A model generated the notes under the pieces. That model was not told the DNA's origin. It did no database searches and was given only the letters and a program-made list of their open reading frames with translations. This document shows, piece after piece, positions 34,566 through 45,260 of a stretch of DNA of 64,000 nucleotides (the stretch's first letter is position 1; each line of letters begins with the position of its first letter). The stretch is from an uncultured bacterium (lineage in GTDB: Bacteria; Eisenbacteria; RBG-16-71-46; CAIMUX01): assembly GCA_964473865.1 (NCBI GenBank), contig CAYYQN010000004.1:74325-138324 (forward strand), written 5' to 3'. The translations under genes and the position numbers were made by a program.

Positions 34566-36842
34566 TTACCGCAGGAGGGTCATGCGCCCGGTGATCGTCT
34601 CACCCAGCGCGCTCAGCTGGTACAGGTAGACGCCGGAGCTGAGCGTTCGCCCATCGGCATCCGTCCCGTTCCATGAGACTGCGTGGCTCCCGGCTTCCAG
34701 CCGACCCTGCACGAGGGTACGCACGAGGCGCCCCGCGGGATCGAAAACGCGGACCGCGACGTCGCCGGTCTGCGGGAGCTGGAAGCTGATCGTGGTCGCG
34801 GGGGTGAATGGATTCGGACGATTGGCGTGGAGCGCCAGTCCCGACGCGGCCCGCACCGGTCCCACGTCGCTGATCGGCTGGACGATGCGGAAGTTGACGT
34901 TCGAGATGTCGAAGAAGACGTTGTCGGCGGCTGCAACCTTGACCCGCGCGAGGTTGGTCGTTGTGCCCACCGCGAAGGCAACGGTCTCGGAACCGTCGTT
35001 GGGCGTCCCGCTGGCCAGCACGATCGGCCAGGTGTATCCGCCGTCGATGGAGAGGAGGATATGGACGCTGTCACAGCTGACCGGCGCGACATCCGTTCCG
35101 GCCACGTCCCAGGTGATGGTGTGATCCGCGCTGTCGGGCCAGCTGACCATGTTGTTGGGAGAGGTCACCCGGAACGGTCCGGCCGAGGAGACCGTGAAGG
35201 AGATGGCGTCGTTCGAGATGCCCACACCGCCGGCCTGGGTGTCGCGCACCGTGACCTTGAACGACAGGGTGCGGGCATAGGTCGGAAGAAGCTCTCCGAT
35301 CGTGTGCGTGTTGCTCAGCAGGTTCGAAAGCTTGGGGAACGTCCGGGTCGGCGACGCCACGGGATCGAAGGAGCGGAAGATTGGCGCGTTTCCAGACGGC
35401 GAGTCGGGATGCCCGGCGGGGCCGAGATCCGACTCCTCCCAGCAGAACGTGGGCGTCCCCGTCGCGGTGGCGGAAGCCGTGAGGGCGAAGGGCGTGTCCT
35501 TCGGAATCGCGAATCCCCCGGTGCCGGCCTCGGCCACCGGCTCGATCGCGCCCGTGCCCGTCGTGACCGGGCAGCCGTTGCCCAGTCCCACGGTGGAGTA
35601 GGTGATGATCTCGGCGATGCTCTTCCAGTGGAAGTAGTCGTCGCTGTGGGCCTGCAGGTTCTGCGGATAGCAGATTCCGGCATAGGCCATGATCGTGGAT
35701 CCGCTGCCCGGCTCGTAGGCGCACGAAGCCACGCGGTTGCCGCCCGCGCAGGAACCCGCGTCTCCGTTGAAGGTGTGGTTGGCGCCGTACTGGTGGCCCA
35801 TCTCGTGGGCGACATAGTCGATGTCGAACGCGTCACCCTGCGGGTTCGGCGATCCGGTCACCCCGCGCGCCTTCAACCCGGTCCGGCACACGACGCCGAG
35901 TCCGGCGATGCCGCCACCGCCGGTGGAGAAGACATGCCCGATGTCGTAGTTGGCGTTGCCGATGACGGAGTCGATCGTGGACTGGTTCTGGCCAAGCATG
36001 GCCGCGCCGTCATTGTTGGAATAGGGGTCGGTGGCCGCGTTGGTGTACATCAGGAGGTCGTTGTTGGCGATGAGAACCATCCGGATCGAGAGTTCCTTCT
36101 CATACACACCGTCCACGCGGTTCATGGTGATCACGACCGCGGCCAGGGCCCGGGCCACCGTGCCGCCGAAGACGGCCGCATACTCGCCGGTGCAGGCCAC
36201 CGCCGCGCGATAGGTGCGCAGTTCCGTGCCCGAGCGCTTGGCTGCCCCGTGGGACATCTGGTCGATTTCCTCTCCCATGTGGTCGTCGTCCACCACGCTG
36301 CAGAGGACGTGTTTGTCCGACCGGAAGTCCCGCTTGTAGTAGCTGATGTAGTGCCGGTCATCGTCCCGCTGGAACGGATCGATGTAGATCTGGCCGCTGG
36401 AGGAAAAGACCTGGGCATGGAAGCCGCTCGGGACGAGGTCGAAGCGCCCGATCGCGGACGGATCGTCGAGACCGTAGCCGGCATAGGTCCGGATCTCCGG
36501 GTAGCGCGCCCCGAGCTCCGGGGCCATGATCGGAGACTCGACGATGGCGAACCGGCCGAAGCCGCCTTCCGGCAGTGGGATTTCGATTACGATGCGATCG
36601 CCTGCGGCCCGGGTCCCTTCCAGAGGGGCGAGAGCCAACTGCGACTCGATTGCCGCTCGATCCAGGGTCAGGGCGCGGTACTGCTCCGGGATGATCACGC
36701 GGTCCCCGGCCGGCGCAATCGCGCTCGGAGAAATGTCGGACCAGAGCGATCCCGCCGCGGGCTGAGCCATCGCGACTCCCGTGCCAAGACCCAGGGTCAG
36801 GATCACGGCGCCTAGAATCGCCAACATCGGCCGGTAGGACAT
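34566..36842 (-). CDS. Secreted metzincin (reprolysin/M12B-like zinc metallopeptidase) with C-terminal FlgD-Ig/T9SS-like sorting domain
   Basis: Signal peptide MSYRPMLAILGAVILTLGLGTGVAMAQ with SD GGAGGAGGG. HEMGHQYGANH (HExxHxxGxxH). C-terminal NPFTPATTISFQLPQTGDVAVRVFDPAGRLVRTLV...WNGTDADGRTLSSGVYLYQL. Confidence 0.8.
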   Translation of the reverse strand: MSYRPMLAILGAVILTLGLGTGVAMAQPAAGSLWSDISPSAIAPAGDRVIIPEQYRALTLDRAAIESQLALAPLEGTRAAGDRIVIEIPLPEGGFGRFAIVESPIMAPELGARYPEIRTYAGYGLDDPSAIGRFDLVPSGFHAQVFSSSGQIYIDPFQRDDDRHYISYYKRDFRSDKHVLCSVVDDDHMGEEIDQMSHGAAKRSGTELRTYRAAVACTGEYAAVFGGTVARALAAVVITMNRVDGVYEKELSIRMVLIANNDLLMYTNAATDPYSNNDGAAMLGQNQSTIDSVIGNANYDIGHVFSTGGGGIAGLGVVCRTGLKARGVTGSPNPQGDAFDIDYVAHEMGHQYGANHTFNGDAGSCAGGNRVASCAYEPGSGSTIMAYAGICYPQNLQAHSDDYFHWKSIAEIITYSTVGLGNGCPVTTGTGAIEPVAEAGTGGFAIPKDTPFALTASATATGTPTFCWEESDLGPAGHPDSPSGNAPIFRSFDPVASPTRTFPKLSNLLSNTHTIGELLPTYARTLSFKVTVRDTQAGGVGISNDAISFTVSSAGPFRVTSPNNMVSWPDSADHTITWDVAGTDVAPVSCDSVHILLSIDGGYTWPIVLASGTPNDGSETVAFAVGTTTNLARVKVAAADNVFFDISNVNFRIVQPISDVGPVRAASGLALHANRPNPFTPATTISFQLPQTGDVAVRVFDPAGRLVRTLVQGRLEAGSHAVSWNGTDADGRTLSSGVYLYQLSALGETITGRMTLLR

Positions 36843-37060
36843 AAGGAAAACCCTCCTCCTGCATCGAGTGCAGCGGTTGGTCGAAAGCGGATCAGGGTGC
36901 CTCCGCAGAGTGTCATCTAATACGCAATTATTGCAGAGAGATGGACCGATGGCAAGCGTCCCGTGGGGGAACGGCCCGATCGACATCGCGGGTTAGCCGG
37001 ATCCGGTCAAACCCGCCGGTCGGCAGTACCCGAATGGGGGCCTTGACCTGACGCCCCCGA

Positions 37061-38275
37061 TCAGTCGGCTCCCGGGGCTCCACCGGTCTCCTGATCCAGC
37101 AGCGATCTGAGGGACTCAACCAGTTTCACGAACTGCTGTTCGTAATTGTAGGCCTGGGCGGACACCCGGACCCACCGCCGCGTCCAGGTCGGCCACAGAA
37201 TGATCGGCACCTCGATCCGGCAGCGTTCGAAGAGGCGGAGCTGGAGTCGATCGACCAGGAGGACCGGGTCGAGCGAGCCAGGCGGGGCCTCGGGAAGCGG
37301 GAGGGTGACCATGGCTCCGACCATCGACTCGGGACATTGGACCGGCACCCCCAGTCCTCGCCGTAGAATCTCGCCGGCCCGGATGGCCAGATCTCGATTC
37401 GCGGCCAGGTGAGCCAGCCAGCCGCCCGGTCGCAGTCGACTCAGAAACCGGATCGCCTCGGGCACACACAGGAACGGAGTTGGATCGCCGGTCCCGGTCC
37501 AATCGAACTCCTGGCGGAAGCGAGTGCGATCGGTGCGCGGCGAATTCGCGCCATGGCTGATGACCAGCGGACGGATCCGGGAGCGATAGTCTTTCCGCAC
37601 CCAGAGGAACCCGGCTCCCTTGGGCGCACAGAGCCATTTGTGGCAGTTGCCGGTGTAGAACTCCGCGCCCAGCCCGTCGAGGTGAAGCGGGATCATCCCC
37701 GGAGCGTGCGCACCATCGACCAGCACGGCGACTCCGCGCTGTTGCAGCTCGCGCACGATCCGCTCCGCGGGCAGCACCAGCGCCGTAGCGCTCGTGATGT
37801 GATCCACCAGCGCGAGCCGGGTGTGCGGGGTCACACGCGAGAGGATCGCGTCGACCGGCTCGTGCGGCGCCCGCACGGGGAACGGCAGGGAGGCCACTAC
37901 GACTCTGGCCCCGGTGCGTGCCGCGGTCTCGTTCAGCGCGTTGCGGCAGGCGTTGTACTCATGGTCGGTGACGAGCAGCTCATCTCCGGCTCCGAGCGGA
38001 AACGATCGCAGGACGGTGTTCACCCCCGTGGTGGCGTTGGTGACCGCGACCAGTCCCTCCGGGTCGGCGCCCAGAAACGCCGCCAGCTCGTGGCGGGCGC
38101 GATCCAGCCGCGTTTCGCCCTGGCGATGGAGGAAGAGCACCGGTTGGGACTCCATCGCGCGCCGTAGACGATCCTGGGCCTCGAGCACCGGAATCGGGCA
38201 CGCGCCGAACGAGCCGTGGTTCAGGAAGGCCACGTCCGGGTCGAGACCCCAGAAACGCGCCAGGTCATTCTCCAT
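37061..38275 (-). CDS. Aminotransferase class V (PLP-dependent; isopenicillin-N epimerase / cysteine desulfurase-like)
   Basis: Class V fold with the PLP lysine region (FYTGNCHKWLCAPKGAGFL). 404 aa. Confidence 0.75.
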   Translation of the reverse strand: MENDLARFWGLDPDVAFLNHGSFGACPIPVLEAQDRLRRAMESQPVLFLHRQGETRLDRARHELAAFLGADPEGLVAVTNATTGVNTVLRSFPLGAGDELLVTDHEYNACRNALNETAARTGARVVVASLPFPVRAPHEPVDAILSRVTPHTRLALVDHITSATALVLPAERIVRELQQRGVAVLVDGAHAPGMIPLHLDGLGAEFYTGNCHKWLCAPKGAGFLWVRKDYRSRIRPLVISHGANSPRTDRTRFRQEFDWTGTGDPTPFLCVPEAIRFLSRLRPGGWLAHLAANRDLAIRAGEILRRGLGVPVQCPESMVGAMVTLPLPEAPPGSLDPVLLVDRLQLRLFERCRIEVPIILWPTWTRRWVRVSAQAYNYEQQFVKLVESLRSLLDQETGGAPGAD

Positions 38276-38383
38276 CCCGTCCCTCCATCGTGGCGGGCCC
38301 CCTCTCGACCCTCAGTCCCGCGGCGAGGCGGGCCGCAAGGTGAGCTCCGGACGCACCGAAGGTCTCGTCCGCGGAGACCGCTC

Positions 38384-40915
38384 TCAGATCCTGGCCCGCC
38401 GTAGCCGGAGCGAGTTGCTCACCACCGTGACCGAACTCAAGGCCATGGCCGCCGAGGCGACGACCGGATTCAGGAGCAGGTGCCAGACCGGGTAGAGGGC
38501 ACCCGCGGCGACCGGAATCCCCACCGTGTTGAAGATGAATGCCCAGAAGAGGTTCTGCCGGATGGTGCGCATGACCGCTCGTCCCAGGCGAAGCGTGCGC
38601 GCGACCCCGGAAAGATCCCCGCGCATCAGTGTGACTTCGGCTGCTTCCATCGCTACGTCCGTGCCGGTCCCCAGCGCGATCCCGAGGTCGGCCTCGGCCA
38701 GCGCGGGCGCGTCGTTGAGCCCGTCGCCGACCATCGCCACGGCTCGGCCGCCGGCCCGCAGGTCTCGGATCGCCGCGGCCTTGTCGGCGGGGAGGAGGTC
38801 GGCGAGGACGCGATCGATCCCGGCCTGGCGGGCGATTGATTCGGCAGTGCGCCTTCGGTCTCCGGTCAGCATGACGACCTCGCAACCGAGCGCCCGCAGT
38901 TCCGCGACCGCCTCGCGAGCGCCGGGCTTCAGGCGGTCGGCCACGGCGATGAGGCCCATCGGGCGGCCATCGATGGCGACCAGGACGGGGGTCCTCCCGG
39001 CTTCCTGCAGCGTCTCGAGGCGGCGGGAGAGAGTGAGCCGTTCGTCGAGCTCGGAACCGGGCGGGATGCCAGCGACACTCGCATGGGGAGCAGGCGCTGC
39101 GAGCCGGGGAGCTGGACCGGGCGTCCCCGGGCCGGAGGCCTCGATCCGGATTCCGGCGAGATCGATTCCCCGATCCTCCAGGAAGCGCTCGTTGCCGAGC
39201 AGGACCGTCTGCTCGATCCCCGGAGGATTCTCGACCCGGGCCACGATCCCGCCACCCGGGAACGCTTCGAACTGGCTCGCGGTCGGAACGTCGAGACCGC
39301 GGGCGAGGGCCGCCCCCACGATCGAAGCTCCCAGGGGGTGCTCGCTGCCGCGTTCGGCCGCGGCCGCCAGGCCCAGGAGTCGGTCGGGCGTGAGTCTCGT
39401 CTTCCGGCGCGCAGAGGAGGCCGCCTCCGGGGTGTCGGATCTCTCCGCGGCCCCGTCGAATTGCGCCGCCGCGGGTCCGGGTCCGTCCATTGTGCGGGCC
39501 GGCGCGCGGGTGACTTCCCAGGCGTCGGCCACGACGTCCACGTCCGTGACTTCCGGTTTGCCGATCGTCAGGGTCCCGGTCTTGTCGAACACCACCACTT
39601 GGATCCGCTGCGCAAGCTCCAGGCCGGCAGCGCTGCGAACGAGGATTCCCGCCTCGGCGCCGCGACCCGAGCCGACCATGATGGCGGTCGGAGTGGCGAG
39701 GCCCAGGGCGCACGGACAGGCGATGATCAGAACCGCCACGGAGCTCACCAGCGCCTGGGCCGGAGCGTGGGCGATGAAGAGCCAGAGGAAGAACGTGAGC
39801 ACGGCCACGCCGAGAACGATGGGGACGAAGACCGCCGCGATCCGGTCGGCCAGCCGTTGCACCGGCGCTTTCGAGCCTTGGGCGGACTGCACCAGGCGGA
39901 TGATCTGGGCGAGCACGGTGTCGGAACCGACCCGCGTGGCCCGGAATCGGAGGGAGCCGTTCCTGTTGAGTGTAGCGCCGGTGACGGAGTCGCCCGGCCT
40001 CTTCTCCACTGGCATCGGCTCGCCCGTCAGCATCGATTCGTCGACGGTTGATCGACCCGCGATGACCTCCCCATCGACCGGGATTCTCTCGCCGGGGCGA
40101 ACGACCACCACCTCACCGAGGCGCACCTCCCGGGTGGGGATCTCGGCTTCCGCCTCGAAACGGATCACGCGGGTGGTGCGCGGTTGCAGGCCGATGAGGG
40201 TGCGGATCGATTCGCCCGTCCGGGCGCGGGCGCGCGCCTCCAGCCATCGACCCAGCAGGACCAGCGCGATGATGACCGCCGAGGTCTCGAAGTAGACCGC
40301 GGGGTGGCCCTTTCCGGTCCCGTGCAGGGCGCTGGATCCCGCGTATTCGGCCGGAAAGAGACCCGGCCAGAAGGTGGCGGTCGTGCTCTGCAGGAACGCG
40401 GCTGTCGTGCCCAGAGCGACCAGGGTGTTCATGTCCGCCGTCCGGGCCCGCAGGGCCGACCAGGCGCCCCGGTAGAAGTCGGCCCCGGACCAGAGCTGCA
40501 CCGGCAACGCGAGGGCGAAGAGAAGTCGGGGGTCGGCCAGGAATCGCGGGAGAAGGGATAGCCACTGCTGATGGCCGCCCAGGAACACGATTCCGCCCAG
40601 GATCGCGGCGAAGAGAAAACGGCGGAACGTGCGCGCACTCACCGAGCGGCGAAGGATGCGCTCCTCTTCCTCGGCCTCGGCGTTGTCGGTGGCGATCGGA
40701 ACGACCTCGTAGCCGGCCTTGCGGATCGCCGCCTCGATTGTCTCCACCCCGGCGAGGGCCGGGTCGTACTCCACGGTGGCTCGTTCCGTGGCCAGGTTCA
40801 CGGTGGCGGTAGCGACCCCCGGCACCCGGAGGAGCCCTCGTTCCACGCGCGCCACGCAGGCCGCGCAGTGCATGCCACCGACGCGGACTTCCGTCCGGGG
40901 CATCCCCGCTACCAC
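38384..40915 (-). CDS. copA: Heavy-metal (Cu+) translocating P1B-type ATPase
   Basis: N-terminal HMA domain [11 protein letters not shown] motif in TM6 ([13 protein letters not shown]), DKTGTLT phosphorylation site, [10 protein letters not shown] hinge. Confidence 0.9.
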   Translation of the reverse strand: MVAGMPRTEVRVGGMHCAACVARVERGLLRVPGVATATVNLATERATVEYDPALAGVETIEAAIRKAGYEVVPIATDNAEAEEEERILRRSVSARTFRRFLFAAILGGIVFLGGHQQWLSLLPRFLADPRLLFALALPVQLWSGADFYRGAWSALRARTADMNTLVALGTTAAFLQSTTATFWPGLFPAEYAGSSALHGTGKGHPAVYFETSAVIIALVLLGRWLEARARARTGESIRTLIGLQPRTTRVIRFEAEAEIPTREVRLGEVVVVRPGERIPVDGEVIAGRSTVDESMLTGEPMPVEKRPGDSVTGATLNRNGSLRFRATRVGSDTVLAQIIRLVQSAQGSKAPVQRLADRIAAVFVPIVLGVAVLTFFLWLFIAHAPAQALVSSVAVLIIACPCALGLATPTAIMVGSGRGAEAGILVRSAAGLELAQRIQVVVFDKTGTLTIGKPEVTDVDVVADAWEVTRAPARTMDGPGPAAAQFDGAAERSDTPEAASSARRKTRLTPDRLLGLAAAAERGSEHPLGASIVGAALARGLDVPTASQFEAFPGGGIVARVENPPGIEQTVLLGNERFLEDRGIDLAGIRIEASGPGTPGPAPRLAAPAPHASVAGIPPGSELDERLTLSRRLETLQEAGRTPVLVAIDGRPMGLIAVADRLKPGAREAVAELRALGCEVVMLTGDRRRTAESIARQAGIDRVLADLLPADKAAAIRDLRAGGRAVAMVGDGLNDAPALAEADLGIALGTGTDVAMEAAEVTLMRGDLSGVARTLRLGRAVMRTIRQNLFWAFIFNTVGIPVAAGALYPVWHLLLNPVVASAAMALSSVTVVSNSLRLRRARI

Positions 40916-41901
40916 CTCACCGCGGATGCGCCCCAGGTGAACCCTGATCCGAACGCGACCAGGACCAGCAGGTGTCCGGGCTGTACTCTCCCTCCCTGAA
41001 GCGCCTCGCTGAGGGCGATCGGGATGGATGCCGCGGTCGTGTTGCCGTAACGCTGCACGTTCTGCACGAGACGGGCCGGGGGAATTCCGAGCCGCTCTCC
41101 CACCGCGTCGGAGATCCGCTTGTTGGCCTGATGGGGCACGATCAGATCAACTTCGTCACGGGTCGCTCCCACCCGCTCCAGGACCTCATCGACCGCCTCC
41201 ACGAACCGGCGGGTGGCGTGACGGAACACCTCGCGCCCGTTCATCTGCGGGAAGTGTCTTCCTTGGGCGACCAGCTCCGGCGTCCGGGTGGTGGGGACCA
41301 GGCAGGTCGGGACCTCCATCCACAACTCCTTCGCGTGGCTCCCGTCAGAGTGGAGGATGGTGTCGATCACGCCGGGTCCGTCATCAGGTCCGGGGACCAG
41401 GACGGCCGCCCCGGCGCCGTCGCCGAAGATCACCGCCATATCCCGCCCGCGCGAGGTGAGGTCGAGTCCCATCGACTGGGTCTCGGCGCCGACCAGCAGG
41501 ATGCGCTTGTAGGTTCCCAGGCGGATGAAAGCGTCGGCCACCGCCAGTCCGTAGATGAACCCGGTGCACTGCGTCCGCACGTCGAGCGCCGGGATCGTGC
41601 CGCAGCCCAGCCTCTCCTGAAGGAGGACGCCGCAACCGGGGAACATGTAATCGGGGGAGAGGGTGGCGAAGATGATGAAATCGAGGTCGGCCGCCGTGAC
41701 CCCGGCCATCTTCATGGCGGCCCGAGCCGCCTGCTCTCCCATTTCCGAGGTGCCCTGACCCTCGCGGGCGAACCTTCGTTCGCTAATGCCCGTCCGCTCG
41801 ACAATCCAGGAGTCGCTCGTGTCCATCAGCGCCGCCAGATCGTGGTTGGTCACCACCCGTTCCGGCACAAAGTGCCCGACCCCTGCGAACCTTGCCCGCA
41901 T
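40909..41901 (-). CDS. fabH: 3-oxoacyl-ACP synthase III (FabH/KAS III family)
   Basis: Active-site Cys region ([15 protein letters not shown]), His/Asn region ([19 protein letters not shown]). Start at [13 protein letters not shown] with GGAGGG SD. Stop overlaps the copA start by 7 bp. Confidence 0.8.
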   Translation of the reverse strand: MRARFAGVGHFVPERVVTNHDLAALMDTSDSWIVERTGISERRFAREGQGTSEMGEQAARAAMKMAGVTAADLDFIIFATLSPDYMFPGCGVLLQERLGCGTIPALDVRTQCTGFIYGLAVADAFIRLGTYKRILLVGAETQSMGLDLTSRGRDMAVIFGDGAGAAVLVPGPDDGPGVIDTILHSDGSHAKELWMEVPTCLVPTTRTPELVAQGRHFPQMNGREVFRHATRRFVEAVDEVLERVGATRDEVDLIVPHQANKRISDAVGERLGIPPARLVQNVQRYGNTTAASIPIALSEALQGGRVQPGHLLVLVAFGSGFTWGASAVRW

Positions 41902-42188
41902 GACACCCTCCATCCCGCCTGGCCGTTCTCCTCGTACAGAAACGATAGCGTAGCGCAGGCGGCGGATGCGGGGAAGTCCCGCGGGTGGGGACGTGCGGCC
42001 GGGATCGAAGCCGCCATTCGGTAAGGAGGATCGAGAAGTCGATTGTGACCCTTGCGTTTCCGCAATCCTTGGCCTATGATTAGGATGCTTATCTCCGGGG
42101 CCGGTGGAGGGGAATCGCGTCGCTTTCCCTTTGGCCGTATGGGCCGGCTCCGTTTCCCGAACTGCATCGGAAAGGAGATCTGGCCACC

Positions 42189-45128
42189 ATGTCCCAGTCA
42201 CGTCGGGGTATCGCTGTTTCTGCGGCACTTCTTGCCGGCCTGTTCCTCATCGGAACCGCGGCGGCCGTGCTGCCCCCGGACCAGTCCGGCTTCGACCTAC
42301 CGCTCCCGGCATTCAACCTCGCGGGTTACCGCTCTGCGGAGACCGAGGCGGGCGGCGTTGCCTCGACCGGCGCGCTCAGGCAAGCGTTTGGCGGCGAGTG
42401 GAAGGTCTGGTCATGGAATCCTCAGACCAACACGCCGCACTACATCTATGGCACCGGCGCCCAGGTTGCGCCCACCTTCGCATCGGCGGACGAGGCTGTA
42501 ACCAAGGCCTTGGATCTCGTCCGGTCCAATCCGGCGGTGTTCCGAGCGAACGCGGCGAATCTGCGCCTGGATGCCGCCCCGCGGGCGCTGGGAAAGCAGG
42601 CGGTCCACTTCCAGCAGACCTATCACGGCCTCGATGTCTACGGCGGCAAGGTCGTCCTGACCTTCACTGAGGGTGGCCGCCTCTTTGTCGTCGGTTCCGA
42701 CTACTACGACGGCATCACGGTGAATCCAAACCCGTCGATTCCGGCGAACGTGGCGATCGACATCGCGCAGCGCTCCCTGGCGCCGGCGCAGTCAGAGGTC
42801 ACGTCGTTCGAGCCGAAGCTGATGGTCCTTCCGGTTCCGGTGAGCGAGACTTCGGTCGACTACCGGCTGGTCTGGCAGGTCAAGGTCCGCACCGAGGAGC
42901 CGCTTGGCATCTGGGTCACCTCCGTGGACGCGCAGTCCGGGGAGATCGTCTGGCGTTACAACGACATCTGTTTCGTCGACTACGTGGGCACCACCCACGG
43001 TCTGGTGCAACGCTTCTCCTACTGCGACGGCCAGAGCACCGAGATCATGCCGTACCTGCGGATCCAGGTGACCGGGCTCTCGCCCGTCTACGCCGATGCC
43101 CGCGGTGACTGGACGGTTCCGTACTCCGGGACCGAGGCCCGCAGCGTCACCGCTGATCTCTACAGCCCGTACGTCGATCTGAACAACATCGCCGGGGCCG
43201 AGGGCACGTTCACCGGCGCCGCCACGCCGGGGGTGTCCCTCGATGTCGCTTTCAGCAACGGCAACTCCCAGAAGGACGAGAAGGACGTCTACCGCGCGGT
43301 GAACGACATCCACGACTTCTTCCTGGCGTTCGACCCGACGTACTCCTATACGAACACGCGCATGACGGCCAATGTGAGCCGCGGCTCCACCTGCAATGCC
43401 TACTGGGACGGGACGATCAACTTCTACATCGAGGGCGGCGGCTGCGCCAACACCGGCGAGATCATGGGCGTGGTCCACCATGAGTTCTGCCACGGGATCA
43501 CCAACAATCTCATCGGCGGCCAGGGAACCGAGGGAATTGGCGAGGGGAACTCCGACATTCTCTCCAACCTCATGACCCGCGACCCGATCATCGGCCGCGG
43601 CTTCTACCTGGACAACTGCGCCAGCGGGATCCGCAATTCGCAGAATACCCTGCAGTACCCGGCCGACTTGAACGGTTCGATCCACCACGATGGGCAGATC
43701 ATCGCCGGTTTCCAGTGGGATGCCTGGATGGATCTCGAGTCCCGCATTCCGCCGGAGCAGGCCCTGGACATTGCGGCAACGAACTGGCACTTCGGACGGG
43801 TTCTGCAACACCCGACGTCGCAGCCCGATCAGGTGCTGGCCACCTTCATCGCGGATGATGACGACGGCAATCTTGGCAACGGAACGCCGCACTACGAATC
43901 CTACTGTCTGGGGGCGACCAACCATAGCTTCGATTGCCCGGAGATTCTCGTAGGCGTGTTCATCACCCACGAGCCGCTGAGCAGCCGCACGGTCCCCGGT
44001 GACGTTGACGTGGTGGCCACGATCACCAGCACCGAGGGCGCGCTCAATCCGGCCGCTCTCCTGGTGCACTACCGGATCGGCGACGGGGCGTTCGTGGATC
44101 TCACGCTGGCGCCCACCGGCGGCGCCAACGAGTATGCGGCCACCATCCCGAGCCTCCCGCTGGGTTCGGAAGTGGAATACTACCTGAGCGCGGCCGACAT
44201 GGTCGGGAACACCAAGACCTCTCCGGCGAACGCGCCGACCGGCCTTTGGGCGTTCGACATCTGCAACGTCCTCGACCAGCTCGAGGTCGAGAGCGGGTGG
44301 ACGGTGAACACCGAGGGGACCGACAACGCGACGTCGGGAGTCTGGACCCGGGTCGACCCGATCGGAACGACCTACGGCGGCTCGCAGATCCAGACCGAAA
44401 ACGACCGTACGGCCGCTCCGGGCACGATGTGCTGGGTGACCGGCCAGGGAACCGTGGGCGGCGCGGCGGGCTTGCAGGATGTGGATGGCGGCGCGACTTC
44501 CCTCTACAGTCCGGCCTACGATCTGAGCGGGTCGACGTCGGCCAAGGTGAAGTATTACCGCTGGTACACCGACGATCTGGGGGTCAACGCTGGCGACGAT
44601 CTCTGGGTGGTCCAGGTTCGGAACAACGGCGGCGCCTGGCAGAACGTGGAGAACACGAGCGACGAAGCGAACTTCTTCAAGCAGATCACATGCGATCTCT
44701 ACGCCATGTTCGGTGAGAACCTCGGAACCGTCGAGTTCAAGTTCATCGCTTCCGACACCGGGGTGAACTCCCTCCTGGAGGCGGCCGTCGACGACTTCGA
44801 GATCCTGAATTCGGCCGTCTCCGGCGTGTCCGACTGGACGAGCAGCACCCCGCGCTTCGCCCTTCTTGGCGCCCGCCCGAATCCGACGCGGGCTGGTGCG
44901 GAGATCGGATTCGCGGTTCCGGCGCGGACCCAGGTCCGGATCGGCGTCTACGACGTTGCCGGACGCGAAGTCGCCGTGCTGGCGGACCGGACCTTCGCCG
45001 GCGGCACGCACCTGGTCCGTTGGGACGGCAAGGCCGCCGGCGGTCACGCTGCGGCTTCGGGGATCTACTACCTCCGGATGCAGGCCGAGGAGTTCTCCTC
45101 GACCCGGACCATGGTTCTGGCTCGCTAG
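42189..45128 (+). CDS. Secreted M4/M36-like (thermolysin/fungalysin-type) zinc metallopeptidase with FTP/PepSY propeptide-like N-region and C-terminal FlgD-Ig/T9SS-like sorting domain (979 aa)
   Basis: Signal peptide MSQSRRGIAVSAALLAGLFLIGTAAA with AAGGAG SD. HEFCHG ... GEGNSD (HExxH + ExxxD). C-terminal ARPNPTRAGAEIGFAVPARTQVRIGVYDVAGREVAVLA...WDGKAAGGHAAASGIYYLRM. Confidence 0.8.
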   Translation: MSQSRRGIAVSAALLAGLFLIGTAAAVLPPDQSGFDLPLPAFNLAGYRSAETEAGGVASTGALRQAFGGEWKVWSWNPQTNTPHYIYGTGAQVAPTFASADEAVTKALDLVRSNPAVFRANAANLRLDAAPRALGKQAVHFQQTYHGLDVYGGKVVLTFTEGGRLFVVGSDYYDGITVNPNPSIPANVAIDIAQRSLAPAQSEVTSFEPKLMVLPVPVSETSVDYRLVWQVKVRTEEPLGIWVTSVDAQSGEIVWRYNDICFVDYVGTTHGLVQRFSYCDGQSTEIMPYLRIQVTGLSPVYADARGDWTVPYSGTEARSVTADLYSPYVDLNNIAGAEGTFTGAATPGVSLDVAFSNGNSQKDEKDVYRAVNDIHDFFLAFDPTYSYTNTRMTANVSRGSTCNAYWDGTINFYIEGGGCANTGEIMGVVHHEFCHGITNNLIGGQGTEGIGEGNSDILSNLMTRDPIIGRGFYLDNCASGIRNSQNTLQYPADLNGSIHHDGQIIAGFQWDAWMDLESRIPPEQALDIAATNWHFGRVLQHPTSQPDQVLATFIADDDDGNLGNGTPHYESYCLGATNHSFDCPEILVGVFITHEPLSSRTVPGDVDVVATITSTEGALNPAALLVHYRIGDGAFVDLTLAPTGGANEYAATIPSLPLGSEVEYYLSAADMVGNTKTSPANAPTGLWAFDICNVLDQLEVESGWTVNTEGTDNATSGVWTRVDPIGTTYGGSQIQTENDRTAAPGTMCWVTGQGTVGGAAGLQDVDGGATSLYSPAYDLSGSTSAKVKYYRWYTDDLGVNAGDDLWVVQVRNNGGAWQNVENTSDEANFFKQITCDLYAMFGENLGTVEFKFIASDTGVNSLLEAAVDDFEILNSAVSGVSDWTSSTPRFALLGARPNPTRAGAEIGFAVPARTQVRIGVYDVAGREVAVLADRTFAGGTHLVRWDGKAAGGHAAASGIYYLRMQAEEFSSTRTMVLAR

Positions 45129-45196
45129 TCCGCTCGGGTTCGCGCGGGACGGCTCCCGCGGCTGCAAGCGGGGAGCCGGCGCGACCACTTCCAGAG

Positions 45197-45232
45197 GAGG
45201 CTCTCGGGGGAACCCGGGAGCCTCCCTTTTTG
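45197..45232 (+). terminator. Rho-independent terminator downstream of the M4/M36-like peptidase gene
   Basis: Stem ggaggctctcggg / cccgggagcctcc (one mismatch), 4-nt loop, followed by CTTTTTGGGG. Confidence 0.6.
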
Positions 45233-45260
45233 GGGCGCGCCGACCGGCCTGGCGAGACGA

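Noticed and set aside
38265-40295. Overlapping ORFs (38265-39713 minus, 38526-40295 plus) inside copA
   Set aside because: copA frame has HMA, CPC, DKTGT and GDGLNDAP motifs. The others are GC artefacts.
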